Shown in pieces: positions 24,673 to 36,747 of a DNA stretch of 64,000 bases (position 1 is the first letter of the stretch; every line of letters starts with the position of its first letter). The stretch is from Paragordius varius. Its lineage: Eukaryota; Animalia; Nematomorpha. The position numbers and the translations under genes were made by a program. The notes beneath the pieces are model-generated. The model was not told the DNA's origin and ran no database searches. It saw only the letters and a list, made by a program, of their open reading frames with translations. Location: positions 2,418,001 to 2,482,000 of the forward strand of contig OZ176050.1 of NCBI GenBank assembly GCA_964247055.1, read 5' to 3'.

Positions 24673-27600
24673 TTATCTTCCCCCTATAGTAAAGCGGTCT
24701 GGGGGTTTTTCGCTGGCGTTGTGGGTACCTGGGTTTAGGCGTGTCTATATTCGTTGTTGGAGCTACGTTATTATCCTGTGTTGCTATGCCTATCGGCGAT
24801 GGTTGTATATTATTGTTTACGGCTTCGAGATCTGGTGGAGTAGAGATATTTTCTTCTGAATTAATTGGTCTTTCGGGCGCTGGCGTGGTTGTTCTCGGAC
24901 ATTCCATTTTTTGTTTTAATTGATCAGCGTGTTTTCTAAGGACTCTGTCGGTTTCGTCTGTTACCATATATGACAATGGACCCCTGCGTTCTAATACTTC
25001 CCCTGCCCTCCATCCTTTTTCTATTTCATTCTTTATAAAAACCTTCTCCTTTGGAACGAATTGGCGAGTCGGTTCTATTTCATTATCGATAAACTCAGTT
25101 GTTTGTGATTTGAGCCATGACATTGGACCATTTGGATGTCTCTTCAGAAAGACTTGTGATGGTGTATTCATAATGGCACTGTGTGTTGAATTTCAATAGC
25201 CATATAAAATCGTGTTGATTGCCTCGTGGGCATGCATTGTTTGCGTTTTCGTAGCTCTATATGTGAGTTTTAGGTTTGCAATACATCTTTCAACCAATCC
25301 ATTGGACTTGGGATGGTATGCACTCACTAAAATATGTTTTATATTAAGGTTATGTAAGGTACTTCTGAATTCATGGGATGTAAAATATGGCCCATTATCT
25401 GTGACTATCCGTCTCGGAAAACCAAATCTGGCCATATGTTTTTCTAAACAATTCAATAATTGTTATGAGGTTATCGATTTGAGTAGATCCACCTCAACCC
25501 ATCATGAAGCGCTATCAATGGTGACTAACCAAAAATAACCATCTATGGGTCCGGCTATGTCGATGTGAATTCTCTCCCACAACGCGGTGTTGAAATTCCA
25601 TTTCCACGTTGGATTTTCCTTTATATTAGGCTTGTTTCTTTGACACGGTTCACATGTTTCTACAAAATTTTCTAAATCTCTTTTTAGGTTTGGCCAATAT
25701 ATGGATTGTCTTGCTTGTTGTTTCATCGATTGCGCTCCGTTATGTCCAGTATGTAGGAATTTCATTACGTCCCGCTGCAAGGATGTGGGTATTAGTAATC
25801 TGTCATTTGCAAATAAAAGAATATAGTATATTTGAATCTCATTTTTTACTTTCAGGAATTCCTTGATACTTGGATCACTCCAATCATTTGTTCTTTGCTG
25901 ATTTAAGTTTGTTTGCCAATGGATCTAACATTATCTCCTCTTCCACTAACTCTTTACTTAGATTAAATTTATTCATAGTTAAAATTTACCGTGTGTGATA
26001 CCTCGTCATCTTCATTTTGCACCTCCATGGTATGATTATTATTTGGTAATCTGGATAGAGCGTCGGCTAAGTTGTTTTGCCCTTTTTTATATTCGATTTC
26101 ATAGTCGTATCCCGATGTTTTATAGATCCATCTAAGAAGTTTAGCATTATTAATATTTTGTAAATTTCGAGTTCGGCCAAATAGCCCGATTAGTGGTTTG
26201 TGGTCGGTTATAATTTTAAATTTTCTACCATATATAAATGGTTTAAATTTTTCTATAGTATACGTGATAGCTTTTGCTTCTTTCTATATTGTGGAATAAT
26301 TGGTTTTGGCATCGGTGTATTTGCTTGAGGCGTATGATATGGGACGCCTTCCTTCCGAGGTAATATGTAGTAAGATCGCTTTAAATCCCTTGTTTGATGC
26401 GTCTGTTTCTATTAGTATTGGCCAATTTGGGTTATACGGTATTAATGTATTGTAATTTATCATTAGTTGTTTTGCGGATTGGAACTCCTCTTCTTCTATC
26501 TCGGTCCAGGCCCATGGTCTAATTGAACCTGTGTTTCTGTGGAGGTTGCATATCGCTTGATGGAGATTTGGTATGAATCGTTCGTGAAAGTTTAGCAGTC
26601 CTAAAAATGATCTTAGTTCTGTCTTATTGTTGGGTCTCGGACAATTGATCAAAGCTTGAATTTTGTCATTGGTGGGACGAATTCCATTCTTTGAAATTTC
26701 ATATCCCATGTAATTGACAGATGAAACGGCAAGTTGCAATTTGTCTCTGCTCAGTTTCAACCCTGCAGCTTCCAATCGTTGCAATACCCTGGTCAATGTG
26801 GCGTCATGTTCGGTTCTTGTTTTACCTGATATTAATATGTCATCTAAATAGATGCATATACCTGATATGTCACCAATCAAATTTTCCATGATTCATTCAA
26901 ATATATGAGGGGCCGTAGTCAACCCAAATGGAAGTCGTTGGTAACAATAAAAACCTTGATGGGTAGTTATGGTCAGTAGTGGTTGTGATGATTGTTGTAT
27001 GGGAATTTGCAGGTAAACATCTTTCAGATCTAGTGACGTAAAAACTGTCCCTTGAGCTGTTCTTGAGATTATTTCATCAAAGGTGAGGATTACGTGGGAA
27101 TCGGGTAGCAAATGAGGATTGAGGCTGATTCGGAAATCCGAACATATCCTTATTTGGCCATTTGGTTTTAATATATTTACTGTTGGTGTGGCCCACGATA
27201 TTCGCTCCCTATTTGGGTCGATTTTTCTCAAGATACCTAGGTCTGTCAATCTATCTAGTTCCTTTTCCAAACGTTCTTGAAGAGGTAGGGGAACTCTCCT
27301 GCAGGGGTATATTTTGGGTGTTACAATATATTTCATCGCAATCGATACCTCCATATCCTTAAGACAGCCTAACCCGTCCGAGAACAACCTATTATACTGG
27401 TTATATATAGATTTATTAGTTATATTATTAATCATCACATTATTTGGTAAATTTAAATCAAATGCACGAATCCAAGGAAGACCAAAAATTAATGGCCGAT
27501 CTCCCTCGGTTACAAAACATTCAAGGGTTTTTGTCATACCGTTCATTGTTACGCTTAATTCTGTTTTACCGATGGTCGGGATTGTTTCGTTATTGTATGT

Positions 27601-28422
27601 GGATAGTCTCTGTCCTACCTCTAGTCGTGGTTGTCCGGTTGATCTCCAGCATCTGTCATTGATAACCGTCGCACCAGCACCTGTGTCAAACAACATTGTT
27701 GTTTCTATTCCGTTAAGTTGCACTGTTATTGTTGGGCCCATCCCAGTTGAATTTGTCACTGCCCGAATACCTGGTTTGGTGGGATTAGCATCGTTGACCC
27801 TTTGCACTGCATTTATCGATTGCATGACATTTCCCACATCTTTGGCAGTCTCTTTGGTGTATGGTTCTTTCTTGGTTTCAGCACCTTCGATTCAATCACT
27901 TCGAGGGATTTCGCCATATCAATTACCATTTGTAGTGACACTGGTTCGCCTTCATTTTGACCCGTGGGGAATCGTATATGTAATTCCCGTTCTAGGATTG
28001 GCATATTTAGTCCTAAAAAAAACATCTCTTAATAAGCATGCTCTATTGCCTTCAAAATCACCATCGTCAGCTATTACTTTTAATTTTTCCATATAACTCA
28101 TGATTGGTTCGCCTTCCTGTCTGGTTGTTTTAAAGAATTCCTTACTACTCAGGCATATGCTTTTGTCCGGGGCAAAGATTTGCATTGCCAATTTTTGAAT
28201 TTGAGCCCATGTCATCTCCTCTATTTTCTTAGGAAAAGCTTGGTTTTCCAGTTTAGAGATTGTGCGTAGTCCTGCATAGGCCAGGAATAAGTTTTTTAAT
28301 ATTTCATCATTTGGATTAATGTTTTTAGCGATTAAGATACGATTCACGTGCTTTAAGTATTGTTTAAAATTAGTGTTTGGATTGTATTCGTTAATACTGA
28401 TTTTGGAAATTTCGTTTTCCAT
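24557..28422 (-). pseudogene. Disrupted gag-pol of the LTR element
   Basis: Gag MENEISK... from 28422; an out-of-frame knuckle remnant CQRCGKCH..C near 27840; protease LFDTGA; RT WATPTV..KPNGQIRICSDFR and YLDDILI; RNase H ETDASNKG; integrase HTGH..C..CQ, WERIHID and TDNGPYF. Several frameshifts and stops split it across six ORF-track entries. Confidence 0.92.
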
Positions 28423-28434
28423 TGACGGCACCAA

Positions 28435-28514
28435 TAATGTGTTTATAATAGAGACGACATATAAATTATATAATAAATAATAATAATATAACTTAAGGTT
28501 ATAACCAATTAACA
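28435..28514 (-). repeat. 5' LTR, internally deleted (80 bp)
   Basis: Equals the two ends of the 3' LTR joined at CATATAAATTAT. Confidence 0.9.
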
Positions 28515-28836
28515 CCAACCAACTCGGGGCCTGCATGCCAAAATATTGTTAAATAAAATAGATATTTTTGAAGCAAATTTTCTATATAATTCTTCTTAAT
28601 TGGAAACGAAGAATTAAAAGTCATCATGTGTTTGTATTCCACTGTTTATGAAATCTAATATAATATATATCCCATATATGTATAAAATGCGACCGCTGTT
28701 TTTGAGACAAAAATGCGGCCACTGATGCTATTTGTCTTGGACACCATTGTAATCTGTAAATAATATTTAAAGAGTAAAACATGAGTACACAGATTGAAAT
28801 GTGCGAGGTCTCATTTTTTTAAGTATGGGCAATTAA

Positions 28837-29447
28837 TCTATATATTTATAAAAATAGAAAATACGGGCTTTGTGATTTGTTTCGGAAAACCGGTAGACCC
28901 ATTCAATCCAAATATCGAAAAAATAGAATCATTAATAAATGCCCCGACAAAAGTTTCGCCTTTTTTGAATTCGGCCCCTAGTTTGGGCCTACCCCGTGTA
29001 AAAAACGTTTTTTTTGAAAACAAAAGTCCACAAAAATCGCTATAAGAATTTTCCGGAAAACGTGTTGGACTAATCGATTTCAAATATAATTTTTTTGACT
29101 ACTTTTCGATTGCGCCGAACATGATCGGCTCGCTTTTTTAATTTAAGCCCTCCTTTTACCCGCTCCCTCTGTAAATTGCCGTTTTTTTCAAAAAATAAGT
29201 CCACAAAAATAATTTTATTTCTCGCCCAAGGTATAACGTAAAAATTTAATGAGGATTGCAGGTATTCCCTGTTGAAAGGCCAAAATTTTAGTCGTTCGTT
29301 TTTTATATTGGCTGCTGGGTTAGAAGATACTCGCTAATAACTGCCCTATCATATCGAAATAGCCTTTGGGGCTAAATTTCAGAAAACCTATCACACCATA
29401 TGAGTTAAATATGTGCCTAATATATTACCCTTAACAATGCAAAAATT
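28837..29447 (+). mobile_element. Helitron 5' fragment
   Basis: A|TCTATATATTTATAAAAATAG start, followed by the reverse complement of one ~470 bp array unit. Confidence 0.75.
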
Positions 29448-29449
29448 TA

Positions 29450-30892
29450 GGTTGGCGTCTCAGTTTTAAACCGGCAGATCCATAGACCTATATGGAAAAA
29501 TCGCTGAATTAAATATATTGCTTATAGGGAAATTATTTGGAATCATCTTTGATTCCATCGTCTCATGTATTCGAAGAAATGCCTGTACACTAAATAGTCG
29601 TTATATGATCGGGTATTTTTAGGGCATAAAGGCCCCAAATTAACGGCTAATAAAAAAGGCATGACCTTAATTTTTACTTAGTTAGGGGTAATATTTAGAA
29701 CTTTAAATGAGCTCATATGGCATAATTTCTAAATAAGTTCCAAAACAAGGGCAATTTTTATACAGTGGCAAGGTTTTTGGCGGGTACTTATTCAGAGGCA
29801 GGCATAAAAAAAGCGTCGGGCATTTGTCTTTATATGGGGAATATCTGGAATTATATATATATGTGTTGCTTCAAAACCGAAAAAATGTTCTATGGCGGTT
29901 TTCAGGGCTTAAAACATTTCTTAGCGACTTATTGAAAAAACCCCCCTATACTAAAATATTTGTTTTTTAAGGGGTAATAAATATTTTAGGCCCTTATTGA
30001 ACTCACATAGTCTCATATGTTTTTTTGAAATTCGGCTCCAAAGGCATGCTGTATCGATATAGTGATGCATTTTTACACGGGTAGCCCCCTACCCACAGCT
30101 TATATAACCGCTAATTTTAAAAAACCGATCAACCTATATTTTTGCCTTTTTACGGGTAATATTTGAGGCCCTAATAAAACTTATATGGCCTGATAAGTTT
30201 TTCGAAAATTAACTTTTCAACAACGCAATTTTGATATGGTGGCGCAGTTTTAGGCGGGCAGCTATTCCCAGACGCTGATACAAAAAAAGCGCTTGATTAA
30301 AATTTTTGCCTTTTTACGGAGAATACCTGGAATCATTATTGATTCCATATGCTCTCATTAGTTTTCAGAAAAATGGCCTCAAAATAAAAAAATTATTTTA
30401 TGGTGGCCTGTTAGGTTTTCTGAAATTTAGCCCTAAAGGCACGCTATTTCGATATGACGGGTCAGTTTTAGCTGGATCTCCTTACTCAGCAGCTATCATC
30501 AAACACTTGACTAAAAATTTTTTTGTGCACCTTATTTTTTGAAAAAAATGGCATTTTACGGGGGGAGCGGGTAAAATGAGGGCCTAAATTAAAAAGCGAG
30601 CCGACCATGTTCGGCGCAATCGAAAATAAGTTAAAAAAAATATATTTGAAATCAAATGATTCAACACGTCCGGAAAATTGTCTCAAAGACATAAATCTTG
30701 TAGACTTTTTTTCTAAAAAACCCGTTTTTTACACGGGGTGGGCCCGAACTGGGGACCTAATTTAAAAAAAGGGGGAGGCTATTGTCGGGGCATTCATTAA
30801 TGATTATATTTTTATGGTATTTGGATTTAAATGGGTCTACTTCCGGAAACAGATCACAAAGTTAGCAATTTCCATTTTTATAAATATATAGA
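29450..30892 (-). mobile_element. Helitron copy with about six diverged ~158 bp internal subunits
   Basis: 5' end A|TCTATATATTTATAAAAATGG at 30892. GGG(A/T)AATA..GG motifs recur at ~29527, 29685, 29837, 29971, 30154 and 30319. The left end matches 63910-64000. Confidence 0.75.
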
Positions 30893-30959
30893 TGATACAG
30901 TATGAGTAAGTATACATCGCTAGATAGTCATTAATTATTTCCAAAAAGCATACATAATG

Positions 30960-31563
30960 AAGGGTTTCAAAAACCTTATTACCTAAGTTTTTGCCTTGTT
31001 ACGGGTCATATGGTATGATAGGTTTTTTGAAATTTAGCCGTAATTACACTCTATTCGATATGACCGGTCAGTTTTTAACGGGTATCTCCTTACTAAGCAG
31101 TTATCAACAAAGAAACGCTTGACTAAAATTTTTGCTTTTTAACAGGGAATACCTGGAATCCTTATTAAATTTTTACGCATACTTTGGGCGAAAAGAGTCA
31201 AAAAATTATTTTTGTGGACTTTGTTTTTTGAAAAAAATGGCATTTTACGGAGAGAGCGGGTAAAAAGAGGGCCTAAATCAAAAAAGCTAGACCACTATGT
31301 TCGGCGCGATCGAAAATAAGTAAACAAAAATTATATTTGAAATTGAATGCAAAGACACGATTTTTGTTAACTATTGTTTTAAAAAAACCCGTTTTTCACA
31401 CAAGATGGGCACGAACTGGGGGCCTATTTCAAAAAAAGGGCGAGGCTATTGTCGGGGCATTCATTAATGGTTATATTTCATCGATATTTGGATTTAAATT
31501 GGCTACCGGTTTTCCGGAAACAGATTACAAAGCCACCAATTTCTATTTTTATAAATATATAGA
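30960..31563 (-). mobile_element. Helitron 5' fragment
   Basis: 5' end A|TCTATATATTTATAAAAATAG at 31563, with one array-like unit. Confidence 0.75.
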
Positions 31564-31569
31564 TTAGTC

Positions 31570-32560
31570 CCTTCACGCCCTGAAAAATGCTCTACCATAG
31601 AATTATTTTTTAGTTTTGACACAATTTTCCCAAACAATGAAAGCATATAGAATCAATCATAATTCCAGGTATTATCCTTAAAAAACAGAAATTTTAAATA
31701 GGCGCCCTTTTGTATCAGCCTCTGGATAAGGAACTACCCGCCAACCACTGAGCCACCATATCGAAATCGAGTTATTTTTCAGAAAACTTATCAAACCACA
31801 TATAAGGGCCTCAAATATTACCTGTAAAAAGACAATCTAAGTAGAGCGGTTTTATTAAATTACCCCTTAATTAGGCCCTTGCCCTGAAAAATGCGCTATC
31901 ATAAAATAATTTTTCGAAATCCCACGAGAGCATATTGAATAAATCATGATTACAGGTAGTGCCCGAATTAAGACAAAATATATAATCGAGCGTTTTATTT
32001 CGCCCCTGGTTAGGGGACCAGCGTAAAACTGCGCCATTATATCGATACCGCATGCCTTCCAAATTTCAGAAAACCAATGAGACTGATAGGATCATATGAA
32101 TTCCATGAGTTCCAGATATTGCCCATATAAAGGCAAAAATTTTTCTTAACGCTTTTTTATACCCCCTCTCTGGGTAAGTAGCTCGTGTATATTCCGTACG
32201 CAGTGTTGAAGCTAATTTACAGAAAATTTATGAAACCATATGAGCTCATTAAAAGCTTGAAATATTACCCCCATGTAAAATTTAAGGACAGGCGTTTTTT
32301 TGTTAGCCGCTAATTTAGGGCCTTATGCCCTGAAAATACCCATCATATAATCTATTATTTAGTGTTAAGGTATTTTTATCGAATAATCCATAAGACGATG
32401 GTATCAAGATGATTCCAAATATTTGGCCTATAAATGTAAATTTAACTCGGCGCTTTCTCCATACGGGTCTATGGGTAGGGGTGTACCAGTTTAATACTGA
32501 GACGCCATACAAAAAAGAAGTGGTTTTAGAGTTGATTTTCACAAAAACTTAAGAAACCAA
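31570..32560 (+). mobile_element. Helitron internal fragment, inverted relative to 29450-30300
   Basis: For example TTAGCCGCTAATTTAGGGCCTTATGCCCTGAAAATACCC (~32305) is the reverse complement of ~29610-29650, and GAGACGCCATACAAAAA (~32500) is the reverse complement of ~63935-63950. Confidence 0.7.
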
Positions 32561-32959
32561 TATTAAAACAGGGGCGCCTACTATCTCATATATCGATTTG
32601 ATAGGTAATATTTTATGAGACCTTCTCGAATCGCCTTTTCATCTGGTTTGTACAGCAGTCATCTCTGTATTGTGAAAATTCGGAAGTTCGCTTAAGACAA
32701 GCGTTTAGCTGTTTGGAGGATGAAGTGGAAGCCGTTGGTCTCTATAATTATAAAATTTTTATAATGTGTAGGCTGATACAGGAAAAATCAAAACTAGCGG
32801 AGGTGGTGGATAGTTATCGATATCGATGCAAAGTATTAAATACGAGCTTAATAGAATCACCTTCACTCAGATTGAATTTAGTCAAGCAAATCCTCCTGAA
32901 ATACTCGGCCTGTTGGCATGGATAACTCCTTACACAGTGTCCACAAAAAATTAACTTGA

Positions 32960-33560
32960 TGAAATATACATATTTTGATAGGAAAAGGTATCTTGTGCTA
33001 ATGTTTTGGCCCTTACAGTTATACAAGAAATCAAAAAATGGCAGCACTACTTTTTCATTAAAATTTATTTGGTGAACGCTAGAGGCTTCATTCCAAAAAA
33101 ATCACTAAAATATATTATAACCTATATTAAAAGCAAAAAATAATTTTAAGAAAATTTAATTTTTAGATGTAGGCTCCGAAAGTCTTAAAACTTTCTCTTA
33201 ATATGGGCTAGTTCTTTTGAAATAAACGCAAAATTTCCAATGCGCGATTATTAATTATGTGCGAATTATAGCAAATTAAAATATTTTTTAAAAAATGGTA
33301 TTTTTTCCGAATATTTTAAAATTTGTGTAGAATACTTTACACTATTTTAAGGCATGATGAAAACGGTAAAAACTTTTCTATACAATTTAATAATGCTAAA
33401 CATTCGCTCTAGAATTTCAATTAAAAATTTGTTCACATTAAATTATTTTTAATTTTCCGTAAAAAACTTTTAAAATAAAACATAAATTTGCAGATGAATG
33501 AATTTTTGAGAATTTCATAGGTGATAAAAGGTTTAGTATCATCAAATATAATTGTTTTTA
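32960..33560. repeat. Degenerate dispersed repeat related to 3290-4720 and 7200-7480
   Basis: Shares motifs CGCTAGAGGCTT and CATGATGAAAACGGTAAAAA (inverted at ~7320). Boundaries are approximate. Confidence 0.4.
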
Positions 33561-34148
33561 TATCGCATCCTATCTTCAAACTAGTAAGAAATCCACTTCA
33601 ACAAAATTTTGTTTAAAATTAAATTTCTATAAAAATTATGCATTTTTTAAAAGTATTTTTTTATGTATATTAGCACTAAAATTTTTATCGCCCAAACCTG
33701 GTATTTTTGCGTTCATTTTGAGAAGATTAGCTCATTTTAGAAACGCAAAAAATATAGGATTTTCAATGCCACATCTAAAAAGTAATTTTTTTTAAAAAAT
33801 ATTATTTTATTTTTTATATGTTAAAATATTATAATATATTTTTTGCAATAAGGCATTTAGCCTTCACCAAAATAAATTTATAACAAAAAAGGCGCAAATT
33901 CTGTCTAATTCTGATGTGGAGCAGACAAAGTGAAAATGACTTTCTTGTATCACCCTAGAAGCCACAACCAAAACTATGAATATCCTGATACATTTTCCTG
34001 GCATGTTTCATCAGTTTATTTTAAACGCTACATGATTTTTAAAACAGTGTTATAAGCCCATAAGTCTCAGAGATTGTGAATTATTTTTGCGCCCTATTGC
34101 TTGGCTTAGTTATTAATAATTTATTAATAGGTGTCTAGTGTCGCTTAA

Positions 34149-34703
34149 CACTATACAACACATTCACCTCAGTCCTTCGATTTAAATTGGGGTAGTGGGA
34201 TAACTCAGCCCTCTTTAAAATTTAATATTTTAAAAATTATGGAAGGAATCGAAACCATGGCAAAATTTTGCATTTATATAAATACATTGAAATATATAAA
34301 AAAATTTATTCAAGAATACTTGATTCATTTATTTGAAGCTAAACGGAGAGGTAAAAATTTCGTCAACGTGACATGTTTGAAATGGTAAGAAATATTACAA
34401 AATAAACCGCTTATTTATTTCTATGAATGTTATATGTAATTTAAATAAAAATTATCTTTATCTTTACCCTTAAAAATTAATAAAGACGATATTTTGCTAA
34501 ATTTTGTAAAATAAAAATGGCGTCGAAGTAGATTGTCATAAAACTTTTTTTCAAACAAAATTTATTTTGATATTTTGGCATATTTATATAGTTTTTAATA
34601 GGTAGAAGTATATTAAATTGAGGGGTTTCTTTAATCAGTTTATTAAAAATCCAAACTTAAATTTAGTTTGGGATATTAAGATACCCTAATTTGATTGGAA
34701 GTG
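34149..34703. mobile_element. piggyBac-type MITE, copy 2
   Basis: TTAA|CACT...AGTG|TTAA with a subterminal AAATTGGGGTA / TACCCTAATTT inverted repeat. Confidence 0.8.
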
Positions 34704-35365
34704 TTAACACATATATACTGCGGGTATTATTAATAAATCTAGTGCATCATACCAAAATGACAAAGCGGCTTTGAAATATAAGTCATTTGTTAGCTTACTG
34801 AAAATACAAGGAGATAGCTTTTGCGTATGGCGTGATGACTGATACATATTTTGATGTATAATTTGTGACCCATCGTAAGTAAGACAAAACTGTGGAAGAA
34901 GAAGCGCCTACCTTATGTCAAATGACAACGTCAATTAATATGGAGTCTTCAAAAATCTCTAGAGGTCGAATTCCGGCGAAAGACATGTCTGTCAATGACT
35001 TTGGTTTTATATCATAATAATTTATAAAACAATATTAATTAGTTTCGATCATTTTGTATTATACATTTTATTGTACATGTTTAGAAGCAGCAAATATCCC
35101 TGTTAAATAATATAGCAAAGCATAGGAAGGCGACAAGGGTAGTCATGTATGGAGAGAGGTGAAGAACATACCTTTGACTCCTTTGGAAAACCGAATAAAT
35201 AGTGAATAACTTTAAAATATTTTTTAATAAACAATCGAAAAAATAATTTTTAAAGCGAAAAGGGCCCTCTTTTGGAAACAGCGATGCCGTGCGTCTTCTG
35301 CTATACATAATAATTTTTAACACATTTAATTTTTACAGCCACAAAAGCATACAGGCGATGGACAT

Positions 35366-36057
35366 ATGTGTTTGATTAATCAACTTATAAATACTGCCCG
35401 CAATATTTCTCCCAAATATGCTAACGGATCTATAAATTCTCTTGACTTAAAAGGTATTGAAAATATTTTTAATAAAATCCGGTCTGAAGATGTTGGTTTC
35501 TCTGAAAAATTTTCCACCATAGGTTTATTATGATCTTATTATTAGTCTATGACTATACACCAATTCAATTCACCCAAATATACGAAGATGAGAACATAAG
35601 CCTAAGTATATTTTCATTACCCCCTAATTCTCGCCTTCCCTTACATGATCATCCGCATATGTATGGTTTCATTAAAGTTTTAACAGGCGAAATAACTATC
35701 ACAACGTTTAGTTTTTTGGAAAAATTAAAATCAATGTGGATCACCAATTCAAATATATTAACTAAATTTATCTCCAAAATTACAGCCAATAATGAATGTA
35801 AATGTGTAATGTTGACTCCAAACGATAATAATATACATGAGATAAGAACGTTCGAAAAATCCGGTAGTTTTATCGATCTTTTAATACCACCATACAATCA
35901 TTCTCTCGATAGAGATTGTCATTATTTTAATATACTTAGTAAGAATGGTGATGGAACCTTAAGAGCTGGAGATAAAATCGTTCTTCAAAAAATAAAATGC
36001 CCTGATGATTATTGGTGCGAAAACCAACCCTATTTTGGACCCAAAATAACTGTATAG
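35366..36057 (+). CDS. ADO: 2-aminoethanethiol (cysteamine) dioxygenase, 222 aa, 2 exons
   Basis: Exons 35366-35522 and 35546-36057 total 669 nt. Cupin motifs LPLHDHPHMYGFIKVLTG, NIHEI, FIDLLIPPY..DRDCHYF and WC...YFGP are present, and the N-terminal IRSEDVG helix is typical of ADO/PCO. Confidence 0.92.
35523..35545 (+). other. 23 nt spliceosomal intron (ADO)
   Basis: GTTTATTATGATCTTATTATTAG. Retention gives a TGA stop; removal joins the frames as ...STIVYDYTPIQF. Confidence 0.8.
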
Positions 36058-36747
36058 GATGTTTAATCAATTATACTCATTATTTAATAATAAAGTTTGT
36101 CTTAAATGTTTTATTAATGGTTGAATTTTATATGCTCCTCATTTGCAATAAATTTAGAATTTATAGCTTATTTTTGTATGTTGCAGAACCTAAATCAGAA
36201 TCCCGATATATAAAACATAATTTTTAAACATTTTAATGATATTTAACAGTATAAAAGCGACAATAAATAGCTATAATTCAATTATTTATAAAAACTAATT
36301 TTATGGCTGTAAATCATGGAACAGCAAATAAAATACACTTCTCTAAAAAAATATTTTAAAAAAGTTTTGCTTCCTGTTATCTGTTTATACAACATTCAAT
36401 CACGATTTCTATTACAAATAATAAGGTACTACAATCGCTAATTAAACATAATATACTTGTTTTTCCAGCCAATTACATTTTTTTATTATGTAAAACATTC
36501 TGTTAACAATTGAAAGAGAAAACCATAATATTTTAGTACTTTTAGGCCACTTATGCCTTCTTGTTGTTATTAATTGGCTATAGTTGATTATCCTTAATTC
36601 TGAGATCTGATTAAATAGGAAAGGTAATGCAATTAGTAGATATCATAATGATTTACATTTTATATAAACATTATATAGTTCATTCGCTAAGATACAAAAA
36701 GGATTCCCAAAAGAAATATAATATAAATGTCCCAGCACCGATTAACT

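Larger units (their letters stand above)
24333..28514 (-). mobile_element. Ty3/gypsy (Mag-like) LTR retrotransposon, decayed
   Basis: 5 bp TSD CCAAC at 24328-24332 and 28515-28519. LTRs at both ends, PBS TGGTGCCGT (complementary to a tRNA-His-type 3' end) at 28433-28425, PPT AGGGGGAAGA next to the 3' LTR, and domain order gag-PR-RT-RH-IN. Confidence 0.95.

Noticed and set aside
27314-28096. 260 aa antisense ORF over gag/protease/RT
   Set aside because: It is longer than expected by chance, but has no recognisable motif and lies on a decayed element. It is treated as a shadow ORF unless conserved in other copies.
34715-35330. Moderately GC-richer tract with short frames (e.g. 35081-35323 minus) upstream of ADO
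   Set aside because: I could not assemble a coherent spliced ORF or recognise a family on either strand. It may be UTR, lncRNA or an old relic, and needs RNA-seq or BLAST.
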